Assembly (NCBI GenBank): GCA_041937175.2
Contig: CP166615.1
Span: 960,001 to 1,024,000 of the forward strand
Reading direction: 5' to 3'
Source: Limnothrix sp. BL-A-16
GTDB lineage: Bacteria; Cyanobacteriota; Cyanobacteriia; CACIAM-69d
DNA length: 64,000 nucleotides
Numbering within the stretch: position 1 is the stretch's first letter; each line of letters opens with the position of its first letter. The translations under genes were made by a program, and so were the position numbers. Positions 42,251 through 52,401 of the stretch are shown piece by piece. Under the pieces are notes generated by a model, which made no database searches, was not told the origin of the DNA, and worked only from the letters and a program-made list of their open reading frames with translations.

Positions 42251-43171
42251 TTAGGCGCGGCTCTGGCGACGCTTCAGCGCCACCCAGCTACCCACCGCAG
42301 CCAAACCAACCATCAAGGACGGCTCCGGCGTGGCGGCCGGCGGCTCCGGCAACTTGCCTTGGAACTGCACCAAATAGGTTCCGTTGTGGGACTTGCCATC
42401 ACCCGCTTCCACCTGTCCAGAAGCGATCCCCTGACCACCATAACGGACAGTTTCTTGCCCATCGTAAAGCACCTTCACCAGCTCGCTGGCTTGCAGCTTC
42501 ACCCCTTGGGTTCCCAGGGCCTTGATGGCGTTGCCATACTGAACTTTTTGGATGTTCGTTAGGGTTTTGCTGGTGGCAATCAGCCCCGACACAATATTGG
42601 TCACGTCCATGTGACCCGCCAGACCCACCGAAATCATCCCGCTCACCAAGTCTTGGTTCACGAAGGCAATGTTCGGGTCACTCAGTCTGGCCAAAGCGGC
42701 ATTGGCTTCCGTCGTGTTGGAGGTGAAGTAACCAACTGCTTCTGACAGCAAACCACCGGTCAAAATGCTGCTAATGCCATTTTGGGTAGCCACATCCGTC
42801 AGCCAAGCTTGGGTAAATTGAGCAGTCCAGTCGGACTTCACCAGGCTGCGGAATTGAATGGCTTGACCGTTCAGAGTGCCGCTGAGGGTGCTGTAAGTGC
42901 CGCTCAGGAACTTGGCCAGTCCAGGCGCGGTTTCGCTGTCTGCGAATAGTTCAACGTTGCCACCGGGCGCGGTCAGATCCCCTTGCAGGGCAGTGCCGAG
43001 GTTGCTGTTATCGCACAGAAAGGTGTTGGTGCCGTTTGAGCAATACACCAGGATATCGCCGGTGGTGCTGGCACCTTGGAGGCTGGCGGCTAGGGCTGGT
43101 GCTCCGGCAAACAACCCCACGCCAGCGGCCATTGAGGCGCTTACGACCAGTTTGGGGAAAAGTCCAACCAT
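42251..43171 (-). CDS. PEP-CTERM sorting-domain surface protein
   Basis: Signal peptide (APALA); GGNVELF, RLSDPNI.FVN, GLAGH; C-terminal TPEPS + TM + KRRQSR. Confidence 0.88.
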   Translation of the reverse strand: MVGLFPKLVVSASMAAGVGLFAGAPALAASLQGASTTGDILVYCSNGTNTFLCDNSNLGTALQGDLTAPGGNVELFADSETAPGLAKFLSGTYSTLSGTLNGQAIQFRSLVKSDWTAQFTQAWLTDVATQNGISSILTGGLLSEAVGYFTSNTTEANAALARLSDPNIAFVNQDLVSGMISVGLAGHMDVTNIVSGLIATSKTLTNIQKVQYGNAIKALGTQGVKLQASELVKVLYDGQETVRYGGQGIASGQVEAGDGKSHNGTYLVQFQGKLPEPPAATPEPSLMVGLAAVGSWVALKRRQSRA

Positions 43172-43788
43172 GTTTTCGACTCCAACAGTCTTGAGCTAAC
43201 TTGGGCTAAAAATTTTGGGCTTGTTTTCAAGGAGCACCCAGCTAAGACGCGCTTGGCTTGGCGTTGGTCAGCCATCAGGGTTTTAAGCGCACTGGGCTGA
43301 CTTAACCTGCTACTCCTGCAATCCTACGGGAAGGGCCAGGGCGATTAGGTAAAGACTGGATAAAGTTGCGCAGATGGTTCTTAAGGAGTTGATGAAGTTC
43401 TGCTGAAGGCTTCGATGATTGATCTGGATCCCGCCTTGGGATGGGTCTCTGAGACTGATCTCTATAAATCGTTGATCTCGATCACACATCAAATGATCAA
43501 ATCGATCGGGCAGAATGAGTTTGCGGAAAAAGCAGCCCCAAATGAATCGTTCCAAGGCAAATTGCGAAAACAAGGCTGCTAATACGCATCTTGATCGAGT
43601 CCCCAAGAATCATCACGCGTCCCCAAGAGTCGCCCGGTGGACTGAGCCTTGATCGGCCAAACCCAATCCATATCTTTAGATCAACGAAAGATCAACGAAG
43701 GATCAACGAACCGATCACCAACTCAACCAACCATCGCTGATTAAATAGCTAGTCAACGGGGCGATCGAAAAGCGGTTCAGCGAGTTGA

Positions 43789-44325
43789 TCAATAAACCAG
43801 CACCGATCGAACCGGCACATCCGGCAGGCGATCGCGCCCCTTGAGGTCTTGCAGCTCAATCAAAAAGCCATAGCCCACCAGGGTTGCTTCAATTTGCTGG
43901 ATCAGTTGCCCAGCGGCGGCAGCCGTGCCCCCGGTGGCAATTACGTCATCCACCACCAACACCCGAGAGCCGGGGCTGATCGCATCCTGGTGAATTTCCA
44001 GGCGATCGCGCCCATATTCCAAGTCATATTCCACGCCATGGGTGGCGGCGGGGAGTTTGCCCGGTTTGCGCAGGGGCACAAAGCCCACACCCAAGGCCAA
44101 CGCCAAGGCCGGGCCAAACAGAAACCCGCGCGCTTCGATGCCGGCCACAAAATCCGGGCGCAGGTCATGGCAGCGATCGTGTAGGTGATCCACGGCCTGT
44201 TGCAAACCATCCCGATCGCGCAGCAGGGTTGTAATATCGCGGAAAACAATTCCGGGCTGTGGAAAATCAGGAATAGCACGAACCAGACGATGCAAATCCG
44301 TCGGCTGGGGCTGGGGCTGGGTCAT
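43789..44325 (-). CDS. apt: Adenine phosphoribosyltransferase
   Basis: [49 protein letters not shown]. Confidence 0.97.
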   Translation of the reverse strand: MTQPQPQPTDLHRLVRAIPDFPQPGIVFRDITTLLRDRDGLQQAVDHLHDRCHDLRPDFVAGIEARGFLFGPALALALGVGFVPLRKPGKLPAATHGVEYDLEYGRDRLEIHQDAISPGSRVLVVDDVIATGGTAAAAGQLIQQIEATLVGYGFLIELQDLKGRDRLPDVPVRSVLVY

Positions 44326-44688
44326 CGGGGTTTTCTCCAGGAAATTACTTAAAACTGCTTAAACTGGTGGGGATCATTCGGTGGCATCAGTGCGGAATCA
44401 GTATCGCTGAATCGCGGGGCTGAATTTTGCAGCCGATCGTCCGGTGGGAGGTGGTTACGGAATGATTTTGGGATGATTGCAGGATGTTGGATGATTGCAG
44501 GATGTTTCAATGGGTGCGATCGCCCAAGTGGCACAGGCTTCCCGATCTTCCCCGATCGACCCAATGCCCTGGAATCTTCGCTTGGGTGGGATTGCCCCCT
44601 ATCCCCCTCGCGGACAATCGGACTGATTGACCGATGGATCGAAATGATTTTCTAATCAATGGTTTCATTGAATTGCTGATGTGATTCT

Positions 44689-45330
44689 GTGCCGATGACT
44701 TCTTCGAGTGCAATGTTTGCCGATCGATCGCCTATTCCCGCAGATTCACCGGAGATCCCGCCGATTTTGGAGCGGCTGCCCAATCCGCTCGTAAAAGATG
44801 GCGAATGTCCCCGACGGGCCCGCCAACAACTGGACTTGATGCTCCTGGCGATCGAAGCCCTCGATCTCAGCGGGGCTGAGGCCATTCTTTACTGTGCCCA
44901 AGAGCTGGGGATCACGAGCGTGGTTGGCACAAAGGTTAACCTGTGGCGACTGCGAGCCACAAATCCTTTGCGGCGGGCGGTGCAACGGCGGCCCCTCAGC
45001 TTGAATGAGGCCAAAGCCCTGACCACAATTGTGGTTTATTTGGCCAAGCGGCTGACGGTGCTGATTCGGCAATTACTTCTGGCTTGCGAGCGGCTGGAGG
45101 AGCAGGATCTATCCTTCGAGCACCATTTTCGGCTGGCGGATTATCTGGAGCGGTTCCGGGCCCACTTCCGGGCCCGGATGAATCCGCGCCGATCGGCCGT
45201 GACGGTTTACAACACCGACGAAGCCCTGAATACCCTGGCCCTGCGCTTGCTGGAACAGTTACTGTACTGCTCGTCAACGGCGGGGCTGGAACGCTTTTGG
45301 ATTAGTTTGTTTGACGGAGAAGTGGCGTGA
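44689..45330 (+). CDS. DUF3038 family protein
   Basis: QLDLMLLAIEALD, LWRLR..NPLR, LL.CS...GL.R.W..L.D pattern; GTGA overlap with the next gene. Confidence 0.8.
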   Translation: MPMTSSSAMFADRSPIPADSPEIPPILERLPNPLVKDGECPRRARQQLDLMLLAIEALDLSGAEAILYCAQELGITSVVGTKVNLWRLRATNPLRRAVQRRPLSLNEAKALTTIVVYLAKRLTVLIRQLLLACERLEEQDLSFEHHFRLADYLERFRAHFRARMNPRRSAVTVYNTDEALNTLALRLLEQLLYCSSTAGLERFWISLFDGEVA

Positions 45331-46805
45331 CAATTCAACGACAGTACAGCTTGCCCAATTGTGTCCTGACCCTGGAGGGTATGGATTCATTGGCAGAGGT
45401 GGGAGAAGCAAGACCGACTTTATCGGTGCTGTTGACGGTGAATTGTCAGTTTCCTGCCCATGGCCGGGGATTTTTGTGCGATCGCAGCTTTTTTGAGCGG
45501 TTTGCCCAGGTGGTGAGTCAATACGCCCAGGGTTGCTTCAGCGGCATTCAATCGCCCCAGTTGCCCACGGAGATCGATCCCAGTCAGCCCAATGTGGCGG
45601 TTGTGCCGGCCGATGGGGGCAAACATCGATTGTTGGTGATGCCGCCGCCGAATCCGGAGGGGCCCGGTGATGGCCCGCCGCAGCCGATCGAGCTATTGCT
45701 GACCCCGCTGCAACTGTTTGACTTGGTGGAAACGATCGACCAGTTCTATGGCGATCCCAAAACCTTGCCCGACATCCAGCAGGTGTTCTCACCGGTGTCT
45801 CGCCATGACTTGGTGCAGGCGGAACCGCTGGTGCAACGGGCGGCTCCCGTGGCCTTGGGCGCGTCCGGGTTGGCCGTGGCGGCGGGGTTGTTGTTCATGC
45901 TGCCCGTGCCCAAGGTGCAGCAACCCAAGGATTTGTTGCGACCCACGCCCACACCCACGCCTCAAAATCAGTCGGCCTTGCCCTCGCCCTCACCGGCCAC
46001 CGCACCCAGCCCCACGAAACCTCAGCCCCAAACCCGATCGCTCCCGGCGGCATCCCCAGCCAGCACGAGCGCAGCCATTCCCCCCTCATCGGTGCCAGTG
46101 CCCTCGCCCCTGGCCGGAGAGGGAGCCGATACGCTGTTGACTCCCGCCAAGCCGGTGACGGATCCCAAACAGTTGGCGGCCTTGGAGCGGTATCTCCTGG
46201 GCCAGTTAGATCAGGCTTGGACCGATCGCCAGAATTTGGCCGTGACCTTGAGCTACCGGGTGAGCGTGGGCGAGGATGGCTCGATCGTGGGCTATTTGCC
46301 AGAAAACGCCATGGCCCAAGAGGCGATCGCCCGCACCCCGTTGCCCAAATTGCTCTTTAAACCCCTCGATCGGGCCAACACCGGAGAACCCCTAGCCACT
46401 TTCCAGGTCTCCTTCAGCGCTGCCCAGGGGGTGCAAGTGATCCCCATGAGATCCGTCAACGCCAGCAATGCCGCTGTCAACCGAATTCAGAACCCCAGCC
46501 TCAGCGACGCGATCGCCCGTGAAAGTGCCCGCGCCCAGCTTGAAAAGAGCCTGCGAACCGCCTGGCAGGGTCAATCTGCGCCCAGTATGCCCCTGATGTA
46601 TGACGTGCGCACCAATGCCGCTGGCCTCGCAGTGGAGGCGGATCCTGCCAATCGCAACGCGGCCCAAAAACCCTTCCCCCTGGGCCCATTGCTGAACCCG
46701 GCCGCCAGCGCCATCAAAGGCGACAACGGCAAGGTGCAACTGGCTCCCTTGGCTCAGTTTCGAGTGATCTTTTGGCCCGACGGGTCGATCGATGTGCGTT
46801 CCTAA
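45327..46805 (+). CDS. DUF4335 family protein
   Basis: MTIQRQYSLPNCVLTLEG start, QLFDLVETIDQF..D..TLP, TM segment, Pro-rich linker, duplicated C-terminal domain. Confidence 0.8.
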   Translation: MTIQRQYSLPNCVLTLEGMDSLAEVGEARPTLSVLLTVNCQFPAHGRGFLCDRSFFERFAQVVSQYAQGCFSGIQSPQLPTEIDPSQPNVAVVPADGGKHRLLVMPPPNPEGPGDGPPQPIELLLTPLQLFDLVETIDQFYGDPKTLPDIQQVFSPVSRHDLVQAEPLVQRAAPVALGASGLAVAAGLLFMLPVPKVQQPKDLLRPTPTPTPQNQSALPSPSPATAPSPTKPQPQTRSLPAASPASTSAAIPPSSVPVPSPLAGEGADTLLTPAKPVTDPKQLAALERYLLGQLDQAWTDRQNLAVTLSYRVSVGEDGSIVGYLPENAMAQEAIARTPLPKLLFKPLDRANTGEPLATFQVSFSAAQGVQVIPMRSVNASNAAVNRIQNPSLSDAIARESARAQLEKSLRTAWQGQSAPSMPLMYDVRTNAAGLAVEADPANRNAAQKPFPLGPLLNPAASAIKGDNGKVQLAPLAQFRVIFWPDGSIDVRS

Positions 46806-46948
46806 CCTGATTCTTGGGGATTTCTTGGGTATGTTGGCCTTGGGGTTAGCTCGATCGCTGGGTTGATGGCTGGGTTGATTTCGCCCAAGCGTCCTCACCC
46901 AATCGATCGCCCCAATCCCAATCCTCCATCTCCCTGGTGTTCCTAGCT

Positions 46949-48208
46949 ATGGCTGGTCTATCTCCCGAAGGATTCTTTGATCTGAGTGCCGGTAACGATA
47001 CCTACACCGTTCCGGCCAACCTGCTCGCCACCGCCCCCCAAGGCCTACGGGCCCTGGAAGGTGCAGACAGCGTTCAAGGGTCTGAAGGGGGTGATTTTAT
47101 CTATGGCAACACGGGCAACGATCGGCTGCAGGGCAACGGTGGAAACGACAGCTTGCTAGGGGGCCGCGACCAAGACGACCTCGATGGCGGACTGGGGGAT
47201 GACCTCGTGGCTGGGAACTTGGGTAACGATTGGGTGGTGGGTGGCGATGGCAACGATACCCTAGTGGGAGGGCGTGATGCTGATCTACTCCTGGGCGGTG
47301 CGGGCAATGATTTCCTGAGCGGCGATTTGGGCAGCGATGTGCTGATCGGTAGTGCAGGAACCGATACCTTCAGCCTGCGGGGCGATGCCACCGGTCTCAG
47401 CAATGTGGACGTGGTGTTGGATTTTGATCCCACGGTCGATCGCCTGCAACTAAACAATCTGAGTGCCAGCGATATGCGCTTCCAAACCACCAGCTATTCC
47501 CTCAGCCTCCTGGTCACCCTCCTGCAAGGCAGCAGCGGCAGCCTGCCTCCGGGGCTAACCCTGCCTGCCAATGCCACCGCCGCCACCATTCGCCAAACGA
47601 TCCAGAGCACCGTGGGCGTGGACATTGATCCCGACGGCGACGGCTCCATCACCGGCACCTTGGTGACCAATGCGGCTGGCCAAGAAATTGCCTTCTTTTT
47701 GGGGGCTGCCCCCGATGCTGTGGCCCGCGCGGCCGGTGGCAGTACCACCAACGGCGGCGGAACCAGCGGCGGCGGAACCAGCACCTTCACGAGCGACATC
47801 CTCACCACCCACAACAGCTATCGATCGGCCGTGGGTGTTGCCCCTCTCACTTGGTCAGACTCCTTGGCCAGGGATGCCCAGGCCTGGGCAAACCAATTGG
47901 CATCCACCGGAGCCTTTAACCATGCCCAAAACACCGGTCAGGGCGAAAACTTAGCCCGAGGAACCAGTGGAGCCTATTCCGCTAAAGCGTTGGTTGACCT
48001 ATGGGGAGCCGAAAAGCGGTTCTTTAAGCAGGGAATTTTCCCCAACGTCAGCACCACCGGCAATTGGGCCGATGTGGGACACTACACCCAAATCGTTTGG
48101 CGCAACACGACGCAAGTGGGCTGCGGCCTGGCCTCGGGCGGTGGTAACGATACCTTGGTTTGTCGCTATTCACCGCCGGGGAATTTCACCGGCCAAGCCC
48201 CGTTCTAG
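46949..48208 (+). CDS. RTX Ca2+-binding repeat protein with C-terminal CAP/SCP domain
   Basis: GGxGxDxL nonapeptides; HN.YR..VG..PL.W, GENLA, GHYTQIVW, CRYSPPGN. Confidence 0.88.
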   Translation: MAGLSPEGFFDLSAGNDTYTVPANLLATAPQGLRALEGADSVQGSEGGDFIYGNTGNDRLQGNGGNDSLLGGRDQDDLDGGLGDDLVAGNLGNDWVVGGDGNDTLVGGRDADLLLGGAGNDFLSGDLGSDVLIGSAGTDTFSLRGDATGLSNVDVVLDFDPTVDRLQLNNLSASDMRFQTTSYSLSLLVTLLQGSSGSLPPGLTLPANATAATIRQTIQSTVGVDIDPDGDGSITGTLVTNAAGQEIAFFLGAAPDAVARAAGGSTTNGGGTSGGGTSTFTSDILTTHNSYRSAVGVAPLTWSDSLARDAQAWANQLASTGAFNHAQNTGQGENLARGTSGAYSAKALVDLWGAEKRFFKQGIFPNVSTTGNWADVGHYTQIVWRNTTQVGCGLASGGGNDTLVCRYSPPGNFTGQAPF

Positions 48209-48275
48209 TGGCACGACGAGCTGATTTTGAGCTGATTTTGATAGGCTGATCCTAGTGACTGTTTCCATTGCTCGA

Positions 48276-48525
48276 TCGTTAGGCAGCAAGGGAATAACAG
48301 TTGCCATCGCCAAACTGTTAGGCAGCAAGGGGCTTAGGGGGTGTCGTCGTTGAGCACGAAATCCCAGATTTGCCGTTAGCGGATCGTTAGGCAGCAAGGA
48401 GCTTAAGCCCCCGTTCGCGGATCATGGGGGGCAAGGGGCTTAAGCCCCCGTTCGCGGATCGTGGGGGACAAGGGGCTTAAGCCCCCGTTCGCGGATCGTG
48501 GGGGACAAGGGGCTTAAGCCCCTTG
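48276..48525. repeat. REP-derived 37-bp tandem array (4 units) plus two partial upstream copies
   Basis: Unit gcggatcgtgggggacaaggggcttaagcccccgttc at about 48379, 48417, 48454, 48491; ends in the full palindrome at 48506-25; gttaggcagcaagg partial copies near 48278 and 48317. Confidence 0.88.
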
Positions 48526-48612
48526 TTATGACGATTCACCCCGCAATCTTGACCCCATGAATTAGGACAGCCCCGTTCTAGGATTTGCCATTCATTCAGG
48601 ATTCAGAACCTC

Positions 48613-49488
48613 ATGTTTCAAATTGAAGAATTAGCTGAACAGTGGCCGGTCTTTCGATTAACCGATGGGGCTGCCCAGTCCGTTTTAGAAGTGGTTCCCG
48701 ATCGCGGCGGCATCATCACCCGCTGGGCAGTTCAGGGCCAAGAGCTGCTCTATCTCGATCGTGATCGCTATCAAGATTCCAACCTCAGCGTTCGCGGCGG
48801 CATCCCCATTTTGTTCCCCATTTGCGGGAACTTACCGGACAATTACTATCAGCTACCCAGCGGAGAAACGGGCATTCTCAAGCAGCATGGCTTTGCACGA
48901 GATTTGCCTTGGATGGTCACGGGATCCGACTTGCGCGACGCAGCGAGCATTACCCTCACCCTCGATGCCACACCCGCAACCCTAGCCGTTTATCCCTTCC
49001 AGTTTCGATTGGATTTCACCTATCGGTTGCAGGGAAATCAGTTAGAAATAATCCAAAATCATCACAACTTGGGCGATCGCCCCATGCCCTTTTCCTCAGG
49101 GCTACATCCCTACTTCAACGTGGCTGATAAATCAGCCTTGGCGATCGATCTGCCTGCCACTGAATATTTCGATCAAAAGCGCCAATTGAGCGGGGCCTTT
49201 GATGGCAATTTGGACTTTGAACAAGATGAATTAGATCTGCGATTTCCTGTGGTCGATCGCCTATCGGCCACGGTCACAGATCGCCAGCAACAGCAAACCC
49301 TCAGCCTGGAGTTTGATGCTAGTTACCGCACCTTGGTGTTTTGGACATTGAAGGGTAAGCCTTTCTATTGCCTGGAACCCTGGACAGGGCCGCGCAATGC
49401 CTTAAACACGGGTGAACAATTGCTGTGGCTAGATCCCGGTTCGACTCACACCAATCAGGTGCGATTGCAACTGCAACATAACCGCTAA
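48613..49488 (+). CDS. Aldose 1-epimerase family protein
   Basis: RGGIPILFPICG, QHGFAR, GLHPYF, FYCLEPW. Confidence 0.9.
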   Translation: MFQIEELAEQWPVFRLTDGAAQSVLEVVPDRGGIITRWAVQGQELLYLDRDRYQDSNLSVRGGIPILFPICGNLPDNYYQLPSGETGILKQHGFARDLPWMVTGSDLRDAASITLTLDATPATLAVYPFQFRLDFTYRLQGNQLEIIQNHHNLGDRPMPFSSGLHPYFNVADKSALAIDLPATEYFDQKRQLSGAFDGNLDFEQDELDLRFPVVDRLSATVTDRQQQQTLSLEFDASYRTLVFWTLKGKPFYCLEPWTGPRNALNTGEQLLWLDPGSTHTNQVRLQLQHNR

Positions 49489-49547
49489 AGCACAGCCCCT
49501 TAAGGGCGTTCCATTGATGTAGTTCGTTCACAATGGGTTCTTGATCG

Positions 49548-51011
49548 ATGATGCTCACGCCCGAGGAGTTTCAGCAACAATGGACAGCCCTGCTCGATCG
49601 GGTGGAAACCTGCACCACGGAAAAAGCCCTAGAAGATCGAGTTTTGACCCCATTGCTGATGCTGCTAGGCTATGACAGAGCCGATGTGGCCCAACAGGTT
49701 CCTTTTGGGCGTAAACGGGTTGATTTTTTAGTGAGGGCCCAACAAGCAGCTCCCTGTAGCCACTATTTGGTCATTGAGGCAAAAGCACCCCGCAAATCGA
49801 TCGCCCACAATAGCTGGCAACTGCGGGAATATCTCCGGGAATCGGGCAGTTTGTTGGGCCTATTAACCAATGGCAATCAGTTCAAGTTGCTCTATAACGA
49901 TGGTAGAGCAATTCACATTCTGTGGGAGTTTGAGCGAGCCGATCTTTACGGTAACTATCGGTTGCTGGGATCGTTGCTGTGGGAGCGCAATTGCGATCGG
50001 GTCATGGCCGCCTTTGCCGATAGCCATCGAAAGGTTCATCATCAATTTATTCGGGCGATCGCGCGGCTTTCTCACGATCCCAAAATGATGAGCCTGTTGG
50101 CGATTCACGATCGCCAAACCTCAGACCCAGAACCTCAACGGCGAGAGTCTATGATCATCACGGTTTTTAACAACAAGGGTGGGGTTGGTAAAACAACACT
50201 CACCATCAACTTAGCCGCTGCCTTAAGCCAAATGGGCAAGCGAGTTTTGCTGATTGATATTGATGCTCAGGCCAATTTAACCACCGGACTCGGAATTGAT
50301 CCCCTTGAAGATATTGAAAAAGCGGGACGCAAGGATATTACCCATCTGCTGACGGAACCCAAAACCACGGCCGCTTCTGTCACCATCAGCAAGCGCTGGG
50401 GCAATGTGACCTTGGATGTGATTCCTTCCCATATTCGGCTCAGCAATATGGAGAATCAGCTCATTCAGTTAGTGGATAGCGATCGAATCCTGGCCAAAAA
50501 ACTCAAAAACCATGACTATGATTTTGTATTCGTTGACCCACCGCCCTCCTTTGGGAAAGTGAACCGAATTTCCCTGATGGCTTCGGCGGGAGTTCTGGTG
50601 CCCACACAGCTTTCCCCCTATCCCATTCGTGCCTTGGAATATGTGCTTAGTCAAGTGGAAGAGGTGGGACAATTCCGAGAAACACCCCTGCCGATTGTGG
50701 GCATTGCTGTCAGTATGTATGATCGCCAGTCCAAGACTTTTAATCAAGCCATGGTGGATGATTTGAACGCCAAGCTTGATCGGCTCCCGGGGGGCGATCG
50801 CACGGCGCTTTTCCGCGAGGAAACTTGGGTTCCTCGGTTAAATGTTTTGTCCAAATCTCAATCGAAAGGCTATCCGCTTTGCGCGGCTGATTTTGATGAG
50901 GATCTGGGATCTCAGGATCGCAATTCCGTTGAAAATGCCCTGGCGGCCTTTGAGAATTTGGCCAAAGAATTGATTCAAAAAGTTAGTGTTGACGCTGAAC
51001 CTAACCCATGA
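49548..51011 (+). CDS. HsdR-N-like PD-(D/E)xK nuclease domain fused to a ParA/Soj ATPase
   Basis: N-terminus E..L.....PLL.LLGY...RVD..IEAK...QLREY...LLTNG; C-terminus NNKGGVGKTT, LLIDIDAQANLT, FVDPPP. Confidence 0.88.
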   Translation: MMLTPEEFQQQWTALLDRVETCTTEKALEDRVLTPLLMLLGYDRADVAQQVPFGRKRVDFLVRAQQAAPCSHYLVIEAKAPRKSIAHNSWQLREYLRESGSLLGLLTNGNQFKLLYNDGRAIHILWEFERADLYGNYRLLGSLLWERNCDRVMAAFADSHRKVHHQFIRAIARLSHDPKMMSLLAIHDRQTSDPEPQRRESMIITVFNNKGGVGKTTLTINLAAALSQMGKRVLLIDIDAQANLTTGLGIDPLEDIEKAGRKDITHLLTEPKTTAASVTISKRWGNVTLDVIPSHIRLSNMENQLIQLVDSDRILAKKLKNHDYDFVFVDPPPSFGKVNRISLMASAGVLVPTQLSPYPIRALEYVLSQVEEVGQFRETPLPIVGIAVSMYDRQSKTFNQAMVDDLNAKLDRLPGGDRTALFREETWVPRLNVLSKSQSKGYPLCAADFDEDLGSQDRNSVENALAAFENLAKELIQKVSVDAEPNP

Positions 51012-51979
51012 GCGATTATCAAGAACGTCGCCGCCTGATTCGCGAAAATCTGAAGATTCAACCCGTTAACCATGGTCAGGTTCATACCTGTTTGGTGGGG
51101 ATGCGATCGCAACCGAAAATTTCACCCGATCGCTATGAGGAACTGCGGTGGAGTTTGCAGAATCACAACAGCAATTTGATCCCGATTTTAGTTCGCCGCA
51201 CCGATCAGCTTGGGGATGAAGTGGAATATGAGGTGATCCATGGGGCCGATTGGGTGGTGGTGGCCAATGATTTAGACATTGGAATGCTTTGGGCTTGGGT
51301 TTTTGACCTAAGTGATGCGGAAGCGGAATTAGCCCAAGAAGAGCTGGCGGTTTTGTTAGAGAGCGATCCCCCTTCGGCCTCGATTGCCAACCCCGATTCA
51401 AGCCCTCAGCCAGTTGTGGAAACAGGCATCGATTCAACTTTTGGCCAGCGTCTGGAAGAACAATTAACCCAACGGTTGGAGCAACTTCTCGATCAAAAAC
51501 TCACCCAGTCTCTTGCGGGAGTGACCATTGCCGATCGCCATGCTTTGGGGGATGCCAACTCAGCGCAAACATTGGCCAAGCTCGAAAGCCAAATGACAGC
51601 TCTCAGCCAACAGGTGGCGAACCTTAGCCAACCGGGAAATGCGATCGCGCAGCCACAGCCGCCCAGCCCTACGGGCGAAACCAACTCCAGCAGCGCCGCC
51701 CAGGAAATGGTTGCTTCTTTGGAGCGATCGATCCATCGCCTTTGCGAAGTGGTGACCGAAGGATCAAAAATTACCCTGACGATCGAGCCGCCGGCCCAGT
51801 CGCCAGCCAAAATTGTTGATCCCCAAGAAGCCGAACTGCGGGCCATTTACGGCGCGATCGCGTTGACCAAGCTCAAAACCCTCGCCAAAGAAAAGGGAAT
51901 CGCGGTCAGCAGCAAGGCGAAGGCTGAGGAAATTATTGAGGCCCTGATTGAATCCCATCGTCCATCGGTTGCGTCCTAG
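51008..51979 (+). CDS. Degenerate ParB-N-like protein with coiled coil and C-terminal Rho-N/HeH-like helical motif
   Basis: L..SL......IPILVRR...YEVIHG; LEEQLTQRLEQLL coiled coil; LTKLKTLAKEKGI....KAEEIIEAL. ATGA overlap with the ParA gene. Confidence 0.7.
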   Translation: MSDYQERRRLIRENLKIQPVNHGQVHTCLVGMRSQPKISPDRYEELRWSLQNHNSNLIPILVRRTDQLGDEVEYEVIHGADWVVVANDLDIGMLWAWVFDLSDAEAELAQEELAVLLESDPPSASIANPDSSPQPVVETGIDSTFGQRLEEQLTQRLEQLLDQKLTQSLAGVTIADRHALGDANSAQTLAKLESQMTALSQQVANLSQPGNAIAQPQPPSPTGETNSSSAAQEMVASLERSIHRLCEVVTEGSKITLTIEPPAQSPAKIVDPQEAELRAIYGAIALTKLKTLAKEKGIAVSSKAKAEEIIEALIESHRPSVAS

Positions 51980-52023
51980 TAGCATGACAGGCTTAATACA
52001 TTGGGTCAAAGTTGCGGAGCCAG

Positions 52024-52064
52024 TCGTAGTAACAAGGGGCTTGAGCATCTTGCTGCCTAACGAT
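52024..52064. repeat. REP-family palindrome variant
   Basis: CAAGGGGCTTGAGCATCTTG at 52033-52 is the exact reverse complement of 21484-503; flanks resemble the 48383-48530 array in inverted orientation. Confidence 0.75.
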
Positions 52065-52229
52065 TTGGTGGTGATAACAGCCATGTAATTTAACCCAGTG
52101 AATTAAGGCAGCCACGCTACTAGGCTCAATTACATCTAGCCTGGGGCTAGTGCTGAGCGAGGACGGACAACATTTGGCGAGATTGATCGGGGCAGTTTCC
52201 GCAAACTTCATCAAACTTCATTGCCACCC

Positions 52230-52258
52230 TTGAAGCGCGATCGGTTGTGGGTTAAAGT
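52230..52258 (+). promoter_or_regulatory. Putative sigma70-type promoter of tRNA-Thr
   Basis: TTGAAG-N17-TAAAGT, ending 29 nt before the tRNA. Confidence 0.55.
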
Positions 52259-52287
52259 ATCAAACGTCATCCCCAGGATGGCTAATT

Positions 52288-52360
<73 letters not shown>

Positions 52361-52401
52361 TCCGAATCGCGTTAATCAGGCAGCCCCATGATCGGGCCGG
52401 C

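Noticed and set aside
48379..48525. 37-bp palindromic repeats resembling a CRISPR array
   Set aside because: Units are contiguous with no unique spacers, and no cas genes are in the window.
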